Positions 44,887-56,035 of a DNA stretch of 64,000 bases are shown here, piece by piece; the stretch's first letter is position 1; every line of letters starts with the position of its first letter. A model generated the notes under the pieces. It searched no databases. It had not been told where the DNA came from and worked only from the letters and a program-made list of their open reading frames with translations. Position numbers and translations under genes: made by a program. The DNA lies in NCBI RefSeq assembly GCF_056712565.1, contig NZ_CM160072.1; one strand, 5' to 3'.

Positions 44887-44984
44887 ACTTACCTCATTCT
44901 TTAACAGTTTTAGAAAACGCCGCCATCATATTGGGTGAGCATGAAATGAGAAATCAGAGAGCAACGGACATTTTGAAAGGGTTA

Positions 44985-45039
44985 TCTTACAACTGTAGTT
45001 ATTATCGCAAAGCGGCATTTAGTCTTACAGTTGTAGGAA
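44985..45039. promoter_or_regulatory. Two EvgA-box-like repeats in the yfdX/ypdI divergent region
   Basis: TCTTACAACTGTAG (44985-44998) and GTCTTACAGTTGTAGGAA (45022-45039). Confidence 0.55.
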
Positions 45040-45181
45040 TATGCTTCCTGTCACAGAGAACTATTCTTATATACCAAAAAGAGATGTCATTTATTATATC
45101 GATGTAAATACTGATTAATTATATGTAAATACAGCAATAACGTCGTAGGTTTTCAGTGAACCATTTTCAGGATAACTTTCT

Positions 45182-45457
45182 ATGAAAGTAAACTTAATGC
45201 TTTTTAGCTTATTTTTATTGGTCTCTATTATGGCATGCAATGTTTTTGCATTTTCTATTTCTGGTGGTGGTAGTGAGGCGAGCTATAAAGAGACAGAAAA
45301 AACGTCAGCGATGACGACAACTCACTCTACAAAAATTCAGCCATCACAGGCGATTTTGTTAAAAATGAGAGAAGATGCGCCACCATTAAACCTCACAGAA
45401 GAAATTCCGCCCCCTTTTCCGACAAAGGCGAATTATCTTATCCATCCTGTGCGATAG
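45182..45457 (+). CDS. ypdI: Small lipoprotein YpdI (91 aa)
   Basis: ORF track; signal peptide with Cys; K-12 length and synteny. Confidence 0.85.
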   Translation: MKVNLMLFSLFLLVSIMACNVFAFSISGGGSEASYKETEKTSAMTTTHSTKIQPSQAILLKMREDAPPLNLTEEIPPPFPTKANYLIHPVR

Positions 45458-45533
45458 CGTCTGTCACACGGCAGGTGAACAATCATGTCTGATGCTGATG
45501 TGAACACCTGCCCAAATGAGCCATCCTGACCCA

Positions 45534-45776
45534 CTATCGCCTGCCATACCCCACCATAAAGCGAATCATCAAGCCACAAGCCGGGGCAAGAAACATAAAT
45601 ATCCCCGTCACTAGTTCATTACCGCCAGTTAACCACATGGTGAAGTAGTAAATGAGTGCAGCGAGGATCACCATGCCGAAGAAAGAAGAGACCGCCGATA
45701 TCATGTTCAGTACCTGACCGATGTATCCGCTTACGCAGACAATACACAGGGCGAGAAACATCCATAAATAAATCAT
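45534..45776 (-). CDS. yfdY: Small inner-membrane protein YfdY (80 aa)
   Basis: ORF track; K-12 length and synteny. Confidence 0.85.
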   Translation of the reverse strand: MIYLWMFLALCIVCVSGYIGQVLNMISAVSSFFGMVILAALIYYFTMWLTGGNELVTGIFMFLAPACGLMIRFMVGYGRR

Positions 45777-46128
45777 AGCTCAACCTCCTGCCGCGCTAAA
45801 AAACCTGTAACTTCAGTCACTTTAATAGTAAGACAATCCTTAACCTCTGGCAATTTTTGCTAAGCATCAATGAAAACAGCAAGTTAAATGCAACGCTATT
45901 GCGTGCGGAAAACTTTTTACTTTGCACGATTAATAATCAGTAGCTGAAAGCAGTCAGCGAGTGATAAAGTACAGATACCGCATTCATGCTCCTCGTGGTT
46001 ATGTCCTGACTAGTCTTTACACTCTTTACAGGAACCATTGTCGTACATGATGGCCTAATCAATTGAGTGTACCGCTGTCGACATGGAATCTTCTGCGATA
46101 CAACAATTCGTATCTACAGAAGGTAACT

Positions 46129-47049
46129 ATGTTTCCAAAATGCAAATTTTCCCGCGAGTTTCTGCATCCTCGCTACTGGCTCACGTGGTTTGGGCTTGGT
46201 GTACTCTGGCTTTGGGTACAGCTTCCTTATCCTGTTCTCTGCTTTCTCGGCACGCGTATCGGCACAATGGCGCGACCATTCCTGAAACGTCGTGAATCTA
46301 TCGCCCGTAAAAACCTGGAACTTTGTTTCCCGCAGCATTCTGCGAAAGAGCGCGAGAAGATGATTGCCGAAAACTTTCGTTCACTCGGCATGGCGCTGGT
46401 AGAAACCGGCATGGCGTGGTTCTGGCCCGACAGTCGCGTACGTAAATGGTTTGATGTGGAAGGGCTGGATAACCTTAAACGCGCACAAATGCAAAATCGC
46501 GGCGTAATGGTTGTCGGCGTCCATTTTATGTCGCTGGAACTGGGCGGTCGGGTGATGGGACTTTGCCAACCAATGATGGCCACCTATCGCCCGCATAATA
46601 ATCAGCTGATGGAATGGGTGCAGACCCGTGGTCGCATGCGCTCTAACAAAGCGATGATCGGCAGAAATAATCTGCGCGGTATTGTCAGTGCACTGAAGAA
46701 AGGTGAAGCGGTATGGTTTGCTCCCGATCAGGATTATGGTCGTAAAGGCAGCTCCTTCGCGCCGTTCTTTGCGGTGGAAAATGTCGCCACAACCAATGGC
46801 ACCTATGTCCTCTCTCGTCTCTCTGGCGCAGCCATGTTGACCGTAACGATGGTAAGAAAAGCGGATTACAGCGGATATCGTTTGTACATCACCCCAGAGA
46901 TGGAAGGCTACCCGACAGATGAAAATCAAGCCGCTGCCTATATGAACAAGATTATCGAGAAAGAGATCATGCGCGCACCGGAGCAGTACCTCTGGATCCA
47001 CCGTCGCTTTAAAACGCGCCCGGTGGGTGAATCGTCGTTATACATTTAA
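46129..47049 (+). CDS. lpxP: Cold-induced lipid A palmitoleoyl acyltransferase (306 aa)
   Basis: K-12 start MFPKCKFSREFLHPRYW at the internal ATG 46129 of the 328-aa track ORF. Confidence 0.9.
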   Translation: MFPKCKFSREFLHPRYWLTWFGLGVLWLWVQLPYPVLCFLGTRIGTMARPFLKRRESIARKNLELCFPQHSAKEREKMIAENFRSLGMALVETGMAWFWPDSRVRKWFDVEGLDNLKRAQMQNRGVMVVGVHFMSLELGGRVMGLCQPMMATYRPHNNQLMEWVQTRGRMRSNKAMIGRNNLRGIVSALKKGEAVWFAPDQDYGRKGSSFAPFFAVENVATTNGTYVLSRLSGAAMLTVTMVRKADYSGYRLYITPEMEGYPTDENQAAAYMNKIIEKEIMRAPEQYLWIHRRFKTRPVGESSLYI

Positions 47050-47081
47050 CAAACGGCTCTCACTCTTTCCCTCCTCAAATC

Positions 47082-47116
47082 AGCCATAATAACCTCATGG
47101 TTTTTATGGCTTTTTT
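47082..47116 (+). terminator. lpxP terminator
   Basis: AGCCATAA-(14 nt)-TTATGGCT followed by T6. Confidence 0.6.
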
Positions 47117-47404
47117 CTTAAGGTTTTTTCCTTCGCTGAATATCTAATTATTACCGTCAGAAATTAAACTGTCGCCGATATGAGACACCTGTAAGTTACT
47201 AAAAGTAAATAAGAAAATGCCTCTTGTCTCGTTTCAGTTTTAGGCGTACATTAGCGCCGTCTCGAGCAGTTTAGCTCAGAATTCTGGGATGATGCCCACG
47301 GTAAAATACAGGACGTTTAAGGTCGTTTTGCCCGGTGTCAACTCACTGTATCAGGTGTAATAAAGTCATTCAGGCGTAACAGTAGTTACGCGGAGAGATG
47401 TAAA

Positions 47405-47476
47405 GTGAAATATTTCTTTATGGGCATTTCTTTTATGGTCATCGTTTGGGCCGGTACTTTTGCCCTGATGATCTAA
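47405..47476 (+). CDS. ypdK: 23-aa membrane peptide YpdK
   Basis: Own translation from GTG 47405: MKYFFMGISFMVIVWAGTFALMI. Matches K-12 YpdK from memory. Confidence 0.7.
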   Translation: MKYFFMGISFMVIVWAGTFALMI

Positions 47477-47496
47477 AAGCAAACTGTGCAATGAAA

Positions 47497-47520
47497 AACA
47501 GGAGCCATCAGGCTCCTGTT
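47497..47520. terminator. Bidirectional terminator between ypdK and alaC
   Basis: AACAGGAGCC-ATCA-GGCTCCTGTT, a 10-bp stem flanked by A5 and T3. Confidence 0.7.
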
Positions 47521-47540
47521 TGCATTTCTGGCGATGGTGT

Positions 47541-48779
47541 TTATTCCGCGTTTTCGTGAATATGTTTGCTGCTGGCAGGTAGTAAACCGTCGGCACGGAA
47601 CATCGCTTTAATCCCACGAATCGCCTGACGAATACGGTCGCGGTTTTCAATCAGTGCAAAGCGCACATGCGTATCGCCGTAGTCGCCAAAGCCAATCCCT
47701 GGAGAGACACAGACCTTCGCTTCGTTAAGCAATTTCTTGGCAAATTCCAGCGAGCCCATGGCAGCATACGGTTCCGGGATTTTCGCCCAGACATACATCG
47801 AAGCCTTCGGCATTTCGACCATCCAGCCCGCTTCATGCAGCCCTTTCACCAGCACATCACGGCGGCGTTTGTACTGTTCGGCAATATCGCGCACGCACTG
47901 TTGATCGCCCTCCAGCGCCGCAATAGCCGCCACCTGCAACGGCGTAAAGGTGCCGTAATCGTGATAGCTTTTAATACGTGCCAACGCGCTGACCAGCGTT
48001 TTGTTACCGACCATAAAGCCGATACGCCAGCCCGCCATGTTGTAGCTTTTCGACAGCGTAAAGAACTCGACCGCCACGTCGCGTGCACCTGGCACCTGCA
48101 TGATTGACGGCGCTTTCCAGCCATCGTAGACGATGTCCGCATAGGCCAGGTCGTGGACCACCAGCACATCGTAGCGTTTCGCCAGCGCCACAACCTTTTC
48201 GAAGAACTCCAGCTCCACGCATTGCGCGGTTGGGTTCGACGGGAAGCCGAGGATCATCATCTTCGGTTTCGGATAACTTTCGCGAATGGCGCGTTCCAGT
48301 TCGTTGAAGAAATCGACACCTTCCACCAGCGGCACTGAGCGTACCTGCGCCCCGGCAATCACCGCGCCGTAAATATGAATGGGGTAACTTGGATTCGGCA
48401 CCAGCACTGTGTCACCGTGATCCAGTGTCGCCAGCATCAGATGCGCCAGGCCCTCTTTCGAACCAATAGTGACGATGGCTTCTGATTCCGGGTCGATTTC
48501 AACGTCGTAGCGATCCTGATACCAGCGGGAAATGGCGCGACGTAACCGCGGAATGCCGCGTGAAGTGGAGTAACCATGCGTGTCCGGGCGCTGGGCCACC
48601 GTACATAATTTTTCGACGATATGCGGCGGAGTCGCACCGTCCGGGTTACCCATACTGAAATCGATAATATCTTCGCCGCGCCGACGCGCAGCCATTTTCA
48701 GTTCAGCGGTAATGTTAAAAACGTAGGGCGGGAGACGATCAATACGCGTAAAGCGACGTTCAGGGCGAGTGTCAGCCAT
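47541..48779 (-). CDS. alaC: Glutamate-pyruvate aminotransferase AlaC (412 aa)
   Basis: ORF track; K-12 length and synteny. Confidence 0.95.
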   Translation of the reverse strand: MADTRPERRFTRIDRLPPYVFNITAELKMAARRRGEDIIDFSMGNPDGATPPHIVEKLCTVAQRPDTHGYSTSRGIPRLRRAISRWYQDRYDVEIDPESEAIVTIGSKEGLAHLMLATLDHGDTVLVPNPSYPIHIYGAVIAGAQVRSVPLVEGVDFFNELERAIRESYPKPKMMILGFPSNPTAQCVELEFFEKVVALAKRYDVLVVHDLAYADIVYDGWKAPSIMQVPGARDVAVEFFTLSKSYNMAGWRIGFMVGNKTLVSALARIKSYHDYGTFTPLQVAAIAALEGDQQCVRDIAEQYKRRRDVLVKGLHEAGWMVEMPKASMYVWAKIPEPYAAMGSLEFAKKLLNEAKVCVSPGIGFGDYGDTHVRFALIENRDRIRQAIRGIKAMFRADGLLPASSKHIHENAE

Positions 48780-49155
48780 AATTTCCTCAGATTAACGTTA
48801 GCGCCCGGACCGTCCGAGCGACGTCGCCACGATGGTGGCTGTTTTGAAAATAGCCTGATTAATTTCTGTCTGTCCAGCGTTTTAGAACATTTTTATCAAT
48901 GGCTTTAAATGAGGAACTCCACTTCAAAAACAGGAAATTTATCTACGCTAACAAGAAAATTACCACTCATTTTATTAACATTATAATTTCAATAAATTTA
49001 CCAACCAGATGTGCATTATCAAGAGATGCATTGCTAATACACCATTTATCTTTCAATCCCCTTTTAAAATTGTGGTTTTTCCTCAAAAACGGCCTGCTGG
49101 TCATCAGCCTTCAGGTTACCTATCATAGAGGTTTAATCCTTATTCAGAGTCACCC

Positions 49156-50853
49156 GTGCACGAAATATTCAACATGCTGCTGGCGGTCTTCGATCGGGCC
49201 GCGTTAATGCTTATCTGCCTGTTTTTTCTCATCCGTATCCGCCTGTTTCGCGAACTGTTGCACAAGTCGGCACACTCACCGAAAGAGCTGCTCGCCGTTA
49301 CCGCCATTTTCTCGCTGTTCGCCCTGTTCAGCACCTGGTCCGGCGTTCCCGTAGAAGGCTCGCTGGTGAACGTACGTATTATCGCGGTGATGTCAGGCGG
49401 AATTCTGTTTGGCCCGTGGGTGGGCATCATTACCGGCGTGATTGCGGGTATTCACCGTTATTTAATTGACATCGGCGGCGTAACGGCGATCCCCTGCTTT
49501 ATCACCAGCATTCTGGCGGGTTGTATATCGGGCTGGATCAACCTGAAAATCCCCAAAGCACAGCGCTGGCGCGTCGGTATTCTCGGCGGCATGTTGTGTG
49601 AAACGTTGACCATGATTCTGGTGATTGTCTGGGCACCAACTACCGCATTGGGGATCGATATCGTCTCTAAAATCGGGATTCCAATGATCCTCGGTAGCGT
49701 CTGTATCGGCTTTATTGTGCTGCTGGTGCAAAGCGTTGAGGGCGAAAAAGAGGCCAGCGCCGCGCGGCAGGCCAAGCTGGCGCTGGATATCGCCAACAAA
49801 ACGCTACCGCTGTTTCGCCATGTCAATAGCGAGTCATTACGCAAAGTTTGTGAAATTATTCGCGATGATATTCACGCCGATGCGGTGGCGATGACTAATA
49901 CTGATCATGTGCTGGCCTATGTCGGCGTGGGTGAACACAACTATCAGAATGGCGATGACTTCATTAGCCCGACTACCCGACAGGCGATGAATTACGGAAA
50001 AATCATCATTAAAAACAATGATGAAGCCCACCGCACACCAGAGATTCATTCCATGCTGGTGATCCCATTGTGGGAGAAAGGCGTTGTGACCGGAACGCTG
50101 AAAATTTACTACTGCCACGCGCATCAGATAACCTCGTCATTACAGGAAATGGCGGTCGGTCTGTCACAAATCATCTCCACGCAACTGGAGGTTTCGCGCG
50201 CTGAGCAGCTGCGTGAAATGGCAAATAAGGCAGAGCTTCGCGCCCTGCAAAGCAAAATTAATCCCCATTTTCTGTTTAACGCTTTGAACGCTATTTCATC
50301 GTCAATCCGTCTGAATCCGGATACTGCTCGCCAGCTGATCTTTAATTTGTCGCGCTATCTGCGCTATAACATTGAATTAAAAGACGATGAGCAAATCGAT
50401 ATCAAAAAAGAGCTGTATCAAATTAAAGACTATATTGCCATTGAGCAGGCCCGCTTTGGCGACAAGCTGACGGTTATCTATGATATTGATGAAGAGGTGA
50501 ATTGCTGCATTCCCAGCCTGCTGATCCAGCCGTTGGTGGAAAACGCCATTGTCCACGGTATCCAGCCTTGCAAAGGTAAAGGCGTTGTCACCATCAGCGT
50601 TGCAGAGTGCGGTAATCGGGTACGCATTGCGGTGCGAGATACCGGGCACGGCATCGATCCAAAGGTGATTGAGCGGGTCGAAGCGAACGAAATGCCGGGC
50701 AATAAAATTGGCCTGCTGAATGTCCATCATCGCGTGAAGTTATTGTATGGCGAGGGGCTGCATATCCGCCGCCTGGAACCAGGAACGGAAATTGCGTTTT
50801 ACATTCCTAACCAACGCACCCCAGTCGCCTCACAGGCTACCTTATTGCTTTGA
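49156..50853 (+). CDS. ypdA: LytS-type sensor kinase YpdA (565 aa)
   Basis: ORF track; GTG start; 5TM-LytS, GAF and His_kinase domains; K-12 length. Confidence 0.95.
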   Translation: MHEIFNMLLAVFDRAALMLICLFFLIRIRLFRELLHKSAHSPKELLAVTAIFSLFALFSTWSGVPVEGSLVNVRIIAVMSGGILFGPWVGIITGVIAGIHRYLIDIGGVTAIPCFITSILAGCISGWINLKIPKAQRWRVGILGGMLCETLTMILVIVWAPTTALGIDIVSKIGIPMILGSVCIGFIVLLVQSVEGEKEASAARQAKLALDIANKTLPLFRHVNSESLRKVCEIIRDDIHADAVAMTNTDHVLAYVGVGEHNYQNGDDFISPTTRQAMNYGKIIIKNNDEAHRTPEIHSMLVIPLWEKGVVTGTLKIYYCHAHQITSSLQEMAVGLSQIISTQLEVSRAEQLREMANKAELRALQSKINPHFLFNALNAISSSIRLNPDTARQLIFNLSRYLRYNIELKDDEQIDIKKELYQIKDYIAIEQARFGDKLTVIYDIDEEVNCCIPSLLIQPLVENAIVHGIQPCKGKGVVTISVAECGNRVRIAVRDTGHGIDPKVIERVEANEMPGNKIGLLNVHHRVKLLYGEGLHIRRLEPGTEIAFYIPNQRTPVASQATLLL

Positions 50854-50867
50854 GCCGGAGTGATATT

Positions 50868-51605
50868 GTGAAAGTCATCATTGTTGAAGACGAATTCCTG
50901 GCACAACAGGAACTGAGCTGGCTAATTAAAGAGCACAGCCAGATGGAGATTGTCGGCACCTTTGACGACGGTCTGGACGTGTTGAAGTTTTTGCAGCATA
51001 ACCGCGTCGACGCCATTTTTCTGGATATCAATATTCCGTCGCTGGACGGTGTGTTGCTGGCGCAAAACATCAGCCAGTTCGCCCATAAACCGTTTATTGT
51101 ATTCATCACCGCGTGGAAAGAACATGCGGTGGAAGCATTTGAACTGGAAGCGTTTGACTACATTCTCAAACCGTATCAGGAGTCACGCATTACCGGGATG
51201 CTGCAAAAACTGGAAGCAGCCTGGCAACAACAGCAGACCAGCAGTACGACACCTGCCGCGACGGTAACGCGTGAGAATGACACCATTAATCTGGTGAAAG
51301 ATGAGCGAATCATCGTCACGCCAATTAACGATATCTATTACGCCGAAGCGCACGAGAAAATGACCTTTGTCTATACGCGGCGTGAATCCTACGTAATGCC
51401 GATGAACATTACCGAGTTTTGCAGCAAGCTGCCGCCGTCGCATTTTTTCCGCTGCCATCGCTCATTTTGTGTCAATCTGAACAAAATACGCGAAATCGAA
51501 CCGTGGTTTAATAACACCTACATTCTGCGGCTGAAAGATCTGGATTTTGAAGTGCCGGTCAGCCGTAGCAAAGTTAAAGAATTCCGCCAGTTAATGCATC
51601 TGTAA
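50868..51605 (+). CDS. ypdB: LytTR response regulator YpdB (244 aa)
   Basis: K-12 start (V)KVIIVEDEF at GTG 50868; the track ORF begins at an upstream TTG. Confidence 0.9.
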   Translation: MKVIIVEDEFLAQQELSWLIKEHSQMEIVGTFDDGLDVLKFLQHNRVDAIFLDINIPSLDGVLLAQNISQFAHKPFIVFITAWKEHAVEAFELEAFDYILKPYQESRITGMLQKLEAAWQQQQTSSTTPAATVTRENDTINLVKDERIIVTPINDIYYAEAHEKMTFVYTRRESYVMPMNITEFCSKLPPSHFFRCHRSFCVNLNKIREIEPWFNNTYILRLKDLDFEVPVSRSKVKEFRQLMHL

Positions 51606-51617
51606 TCGGGAACTTTC

Positions 51618-52475
51618 ATGAAAGCACCAGGCTTGCCCGCCGATCAACAATTTTTCGCCGATCTGTTCAGCGGCCTGGTGCTTAACCCGCAACTCCTTGG
51701 GCGCGTCTGGTTTGCCAGCCACCCCGCCTCATTGCCAGTGGGCAGTTTATGTATTGATTTTCCCCGTCTGGATATCGTGCTACGCGGCGAATACGGCAAT
51801 CTGCTGGAAGCAAAGCAGCAACGTATGGTGGAAGGAGAAATGCTGTTTATTCCGGCACGCGCGGCTAATTTACCGGTCAACAACAAACCGGTGATGCTGT
51901 TAAGCCTGGTGTTCGCACCGACCTGGCTTGGCTTATCATTTTACGATAGCCGCACCACGTCGTTGTTACATCCTGCTCGCCAGATCCAACTTCCCAGCCT
52001 GCAACGCGGCGAAGGTGAAGCGATGCTTACCGCCCTCACCCATCTTAGCCGTTCGCCGCTGGAGCAGAATATCATTCAGCCACTGGTGTTAAGTTTGCTG
52101 CATCTTTGCCGTAACGTGGTGAATATGCCGCCGGGCAATTCGCAGCCGCGCGGCGATTTTCTCTATCACAGCATTTGTAACTGGGTTCAGGATAATTATG
52201 CCCAGCCGCTCACCCGCGAGAGCGTGGCTCAGTTTTTTAATATCACGCCCAATCATCTGTCAAAACTGTTTGCTCAGCATGGAACAATGCGTTTTATCGA
52301 GTATGTTCGCTGGGTACGAATGGCAAAGGCAAGGATGATTTTGCAGAAATATCATCTGTCGATTCATGATGTGGCACAGCGTTGCGGTTTTCCGGACAGC
52401 GACTATTTTTGTCGCGTTTTCCGGCGTCAGTTTGGCCTGACGCCGGGAGAGTACAGCGCCCGTTTTCAGGGCTAA
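51618..52475 (+). CDS. ypdC: AraC-family regulator YpdC (285 aa)
   Basis: ORF track; K-12 length and synteny. Confidence 0.9.
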   Translation: MKAPGLPADQQFFADLFSGLVLNPQLLGRVWFASHPASLPVGSLCIDFPRLDIVLRGEYGNLLEAKQQRMVEGEMLFIPARAANLPVNNKPVMLLSLVFAPTWLGLSFYDSRTTSLLHPARQIQLPSLQRGEGEAMLTALTHLSRSPLEQNIIQPLVLSLLHLCRNVVNMPPGNSQPRGDFLYHSICNWVQDNYAQPLTRESVAQFFNITPNHLSKLFAQHGTMRFIEYVRWVRMAKARMILQKYHLSIHDVAQRCGFPDSDYFCRVFRRQFGLTPGEYSARFQG

Positions 52476-52477
52476 CG

Positions 52478-54973
52478 TCAGAAGGTTAATTCCGTTTCCA
52501 GCAGCGTCAGGATGCTTTGCGCATCTTGCGCGGCAAACAACGACTGGCGGAAGTTTTTATTCACCAGTTTGCGCGCCAGCTGCGAGAAGACTTTCACATG
52601 ATTCATCCCTTCGTTAGCGCCCAGCGTCAGCATGATCACCAGTTCGACTTCGCCCATTTCTGACTGCCAGTCAACCGGTTTCACCAACCGGGCAATGCTG
52701 ATACTGGAATGACGGATCCACTGTGATTTGGTGTGCGGGATCGCCACGCCAAAACCAACGCCAGTAGTAACAATCTCTTCCCGCTGCCAGACATCTTCTT
52801 CCAGCTCGAACGGATGTTCAGTACGCCCGTTAACACCGAGGTTACCGCACAGGAACTGGATCGCCTGCTCTTTATTACTAAAGGACTGATCAACAAAGAT
52901 ATTCTCTAGTGCCAGCAGTGGGCGAACGTCTTCTTCCGGCGCAAACGCGGTAAGTAACGCTTCAATTTCCTGCGCGCTGCGGCACTCGCACGCCTGACGC
53001 GCCAGTTCCCGACACGCCTCGCTATCCAGTTGACGAAGCTGGCTTTTCACTGCCGGAATACGCGGGCTACTCATGCTTAGCTCATCCAGGCCCAGCCCTA
53101 GCAGTAGCGGCAGATAACGACTTTCACCGCCCAGTTCACCGCAAATACCTACCCATTTGCCGCGCTGATGCGCAGCGGTAACAATCTGCTGCAACATGCG
53201 CAGGAACGATGGCGTAATCGGGTTATACAGCGGCGATACGCGCGGGTTATTACGATCGACCGCATACAGATACTGGGTCATATCGTTGGAGCCGATACTG
53301 AAGAAATCGACCTCATCGCAGAAGTGGTCGATGATGTAGCACACCGACGGCACTTCCACCATGATACCCAGCGTAATCGTCTCTGCATGACGCAGGCCAT
53401 CGCGCTTAAGCTCAACGATCGCTTTTTGGATCTCACCCTTCACCCATAAGATCTGATCGAGACTGTGGACCATTGGGATCATCAACTGGGCGTTGCCGAA
53501 ACTGGCAGCGCGCAAAATCGCCCGCAATTGAGTACGGAACAGGCCAGCAAATTCCGGGTAAATACGTACCGCGCGATAGCCGAGGAACGGGTTCTCTTCC
53601 TGGGGAATGTTGAGGTAAGGAATGCTTTTATCGCCACCGATGTCCATCGTGCGGAAGATAATCGGCTTGTCGCCCGCCGCCAGTAGCACCTGCTGGTACG
53701 CTTCAAACTGTTCCTGCTCGTCCGGCGCGCTGTCGCGATCCATATAGAGCATTTCGGTACGAAACAGCCCAACGCCTTCCGCGCCGTTGGCAAACGCGCC
53801 TGGGGCTTCCAGAGCTGTGCCAATATTCGCCGCAATATCAATACGCTTTTTATCACGGGAATAGGCCAGCTGCGCGGCAGCTTGCGCCTGTTGTTTTTGG
53901 CGTTTATCCGCCAGCGTCTGCGCCACCTGGTAATAACCGCTCACCGCATCGTTGGGATTAATTGCCAGTACGCCGCACTGGGCATCAAGCACTGCAGGTT
54001 GCCCGGCATAACGGGCAATCGCATCCAGCGGCAGGCCGCTCAGTACCGGGATCGCCGAAGCGCGGGCCAGAATCAGGGTATGCGAGGTGCGCCCGGTTTT
54101 CTCCAGAATCATGCCCGCAAGATTTTTTAAATCGAGGCTCAAAAACTGGCTTGGGGTTAAATCTTCAGCCACCAGAATGGTCGGTTTTTCAAGCACCAGA
54201 TTATTGCGCGGTTTTAGTTCCGGCCAGGTGATATGCAGCAACTGTTCGCTGATATCGCGAATGTCGCTGACCCGCTCGCGCAGATAATCGCTGGCAGAAG
54301 CAGAAAGTTTGGCACAAATCTGCTCCATATTGCTGATGATCGCCGCCCCCAGCCCCTGATGCTGTTCTGCCATCAGGTGACGGATATTGCCTGCAAATTC
54401 ATCATCCTGAATCAGCGACAAATGGGCGCTGAGGATAGTTTTGCTTTCGCCGTCACGCTCACGCAATTGCTGGTTCAGTTGCTCGGCAAGCGTTGCCAGA
54501 CTGTGCTCCAGTAGGGTGGAATCTTGCGCACTCGCAGGGATCACCCGATAACTGTCGAGGCTGTCGCTCTGTAACAGGGTCAGTGTACCCACGCCAACGC
54601 CGCTTGCCAGCACGTTGCCGTATAGTAAATCCGGGTTCAGGCGGCTTAATGAACTCGGCAGCGGATGCGCCGTCAGTTCTGCCAGCGTCGGCTGGACGCT
54701 ATCGCTGTCGATAAAGCGCACCTGGATATACTCTTCCAGCACTCGCCGCGCCTGCTCTTCATCGCTACCGCTAATGTTCAGGCTGCAACTGTCATTAAAT
54801 AAAGTGCCAGTGCCAATCAGCGCCAGCGAGCTTTTCGCATCGGCCTTTGCGTTCTGGCGATGGTTAATAAAAGTGATTTCGCTTTGCCACTGGCTGCACT
54901 GCTCTTTAAGTTCCCACGCCGGACGAGCATGTAGACCGTTAGGCAAAGGACAGAGAAATTGAATCGTTAACAT
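52478..54973 (-). CDS. fryA: PTS multiphosphoryl transfer protein (HPr-EI-IIA fusion, 831 aa)
   Basis: ORF track; K-12 length and synteny. Confidence 0.95.
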   Translation of the reverse strand: MLTIQFLCPLPNGLHARPAWELKEQCSQWQSEITFINHRQNAKADAKSSLALIGTGTLFNDSCSLNISGSDEEQARRVLEEYIQVRFIDSDSVQPTLAELTAHPLPSSLSRLNPDLLYGNVLASGVGVGTLTLLQSDSLDSYRVIPASAQDSTLLEHSLATLAEQLNQQLRERDGESKTILSAHLSLIQDDEFAGNIRHLMAEQHQGLGAAIISNMEQICAKLSASASDYLRERVSDIRDISEQLLHITWPELKPRNNLVLEKPTILVAEDLTPSQFLSLDLKNLAGMILEKTGRTSHTLILARASAIPVLSGLPLDAIARYAGQPAVLDAQCGVLAINPNDAVSGYYQVAQTLADKRQKQQAQAAAQLAYSRDKKRIDIAANIGTALEAPGAFANGAEGVGLFRTEMLYMDRDSAPDEQEQFEAYQQVLLAAGDKPIIFRTMDIGGDKSIPYLNIPQEENPFLGYRAVRIYPEFAGLFRTQLRAILRAASFGNAQLMIPMVHSLDQILWVKGEIQKAIVELKRDGLRHAETITLGIMVEVPSVCYIIDHFCDEVDFFSIGSNDMTQYLYAVDRNNPRVSPLYNPITPSFLRMLQQIVTAAHQRGKWVGICGELGGESRYLPLLLGLGLDELSMSSPRIPAVKSQLRQLDSEACRELARQACECRSAQEIEALLTAFAPEEDVRPLLALENIFVDQSFSNKEQAIQFLCGNLGVNGRTEHPFELEEDVWQREEIVTTGVGFGVAIPHTKSQWIRHSSISIARLVKPVDWQSEMGEVELVIMLTLGANEGMNHVKVFSQLARKLVNKNFRQSLFAAQDAQSILTLLETELTF

Positions 54974-54997
54974 AACCGCTCCGGGTTAATCAGGAGA

Positions 54998-56035
54998 TCA
55001 TCTGAAATCCGTCAGTTGAACAACCGTCTCACGCGTAAAACGTTGAATAAGGGCAGATAAAAGTTGCTGCATCTGCAAAATGTCGCGGCAGTCGGCAATC
55101 GATGCGGCGCAATGTCCGTGGCGGGTTGCTGGCCCCATCACCACTGTGGGTACGCCAGTGCCGGTTAAGTGCACCGCCCCACCGTCCGTGCCGCCATTGC
55201 TGAACATATCTGACTGCAACGGTACGCCAATTTCTGCCGCCACGGTTTCGATCCAGGCGATAAGTTTTGGCGGCGCAATCAGTGACTTGTCGCTTAACAC
55301 CAGCATCGGCCCGTTACCAATCTGGCGATGGTTAGCTGCGCCATAATCAAAGTTTTTCGCCCAGCAGGCGGTATCAAGCACAATGGCGACATCCGGCGAC
55401 ACCGCGCGGGTGGCAGTTTGCCCGCCGCGTAATCCCACCTCTTCGCTGGAACTTGCCACCAGCCACACTTCCGCAGGCAGTTCGGCGTCGTGCAGCTCAC
55501 GCAGTAACGTCACCAGCAGATAGCAACCGAGGCGGTCATCAAAGGCTTTCCCCATCACCCGCTGGTGAGGGAGAACCTGAAAAGTGGTATCGAAGGTAAC
55601 GCGATCGCCTGGACGAATTCCTGCCTGCATCACTTCGTCACAGGAGCGCGCGCCAATGTCCACGCGCATGGCGCTGACGTCATTCCCCTGCCGATCGCCG
55701 TCAAGCAGGCCTGGAATTTTGCACTCTTCACGGGTAGTGATACGCACCGACTGAAGCTGGCGGGCAGCCATGCGTACATTGCCAACCGGCAACACATCGA
55801 TCGCCCCTTCGCGGGAGATGCTGCGCACCATAAATCCCACTTCGTCCATATGCGCACAGATCATCACCTTCGGACCTGTCGACTCATTGAGTCGGATCAG
55901 CACCGATCCCAGACCATCAAATCGCACTTCTTTTTGCAGGCGATCCGCTTCTTCCAGCAGGATCTGCCGCACTTCCTGTTCCGAGGAGGCGATCGCATCT
56001 GCCTCGCTCAACGCTTTTAATAGCGATAAATCCAT
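54998..56035 (-). CDS. ypdE: M42-family aminopeptidase YpdE (345 aa)
   Basis: ORF track; K-12 length and synteny. Confidence 0.9.
   Translation of the reverse strand: MDLSLLKALSEADAIASSEQEVRQILLEEADRLQKEVRFDGLGSVLIRLNESTGPKVMICAHMDEVGFMVRSISREGAIDVLPVGNVRMAARQLQSVRITTREECKIPGLLDGDRQGNDVSAMRVDIGARSCDEVMQAGIRPGDRVTFDTTFQVLPHQRVMGKAFDDRLGCYLLVTLLRELHDAELPAEVWLVASSSEEVGLRGGQTATRAVSPDVAIVLDTACWAKNFDYGAANHRQIGNGPMLVLSDKSLIAPPKLIAWIETVAAEIGVPLQSDMFSNGGTDGGAVHLTGTGVPTVVMGPATRHGHCAASIADCRDILQMQQLLSALIQRFTRETVVQLTDFR

Noticed and set aside
46381-47001. 206-aa minus-strand ORF
   Set aside because: It lies antisense within lpxP and is a shadow ORF.
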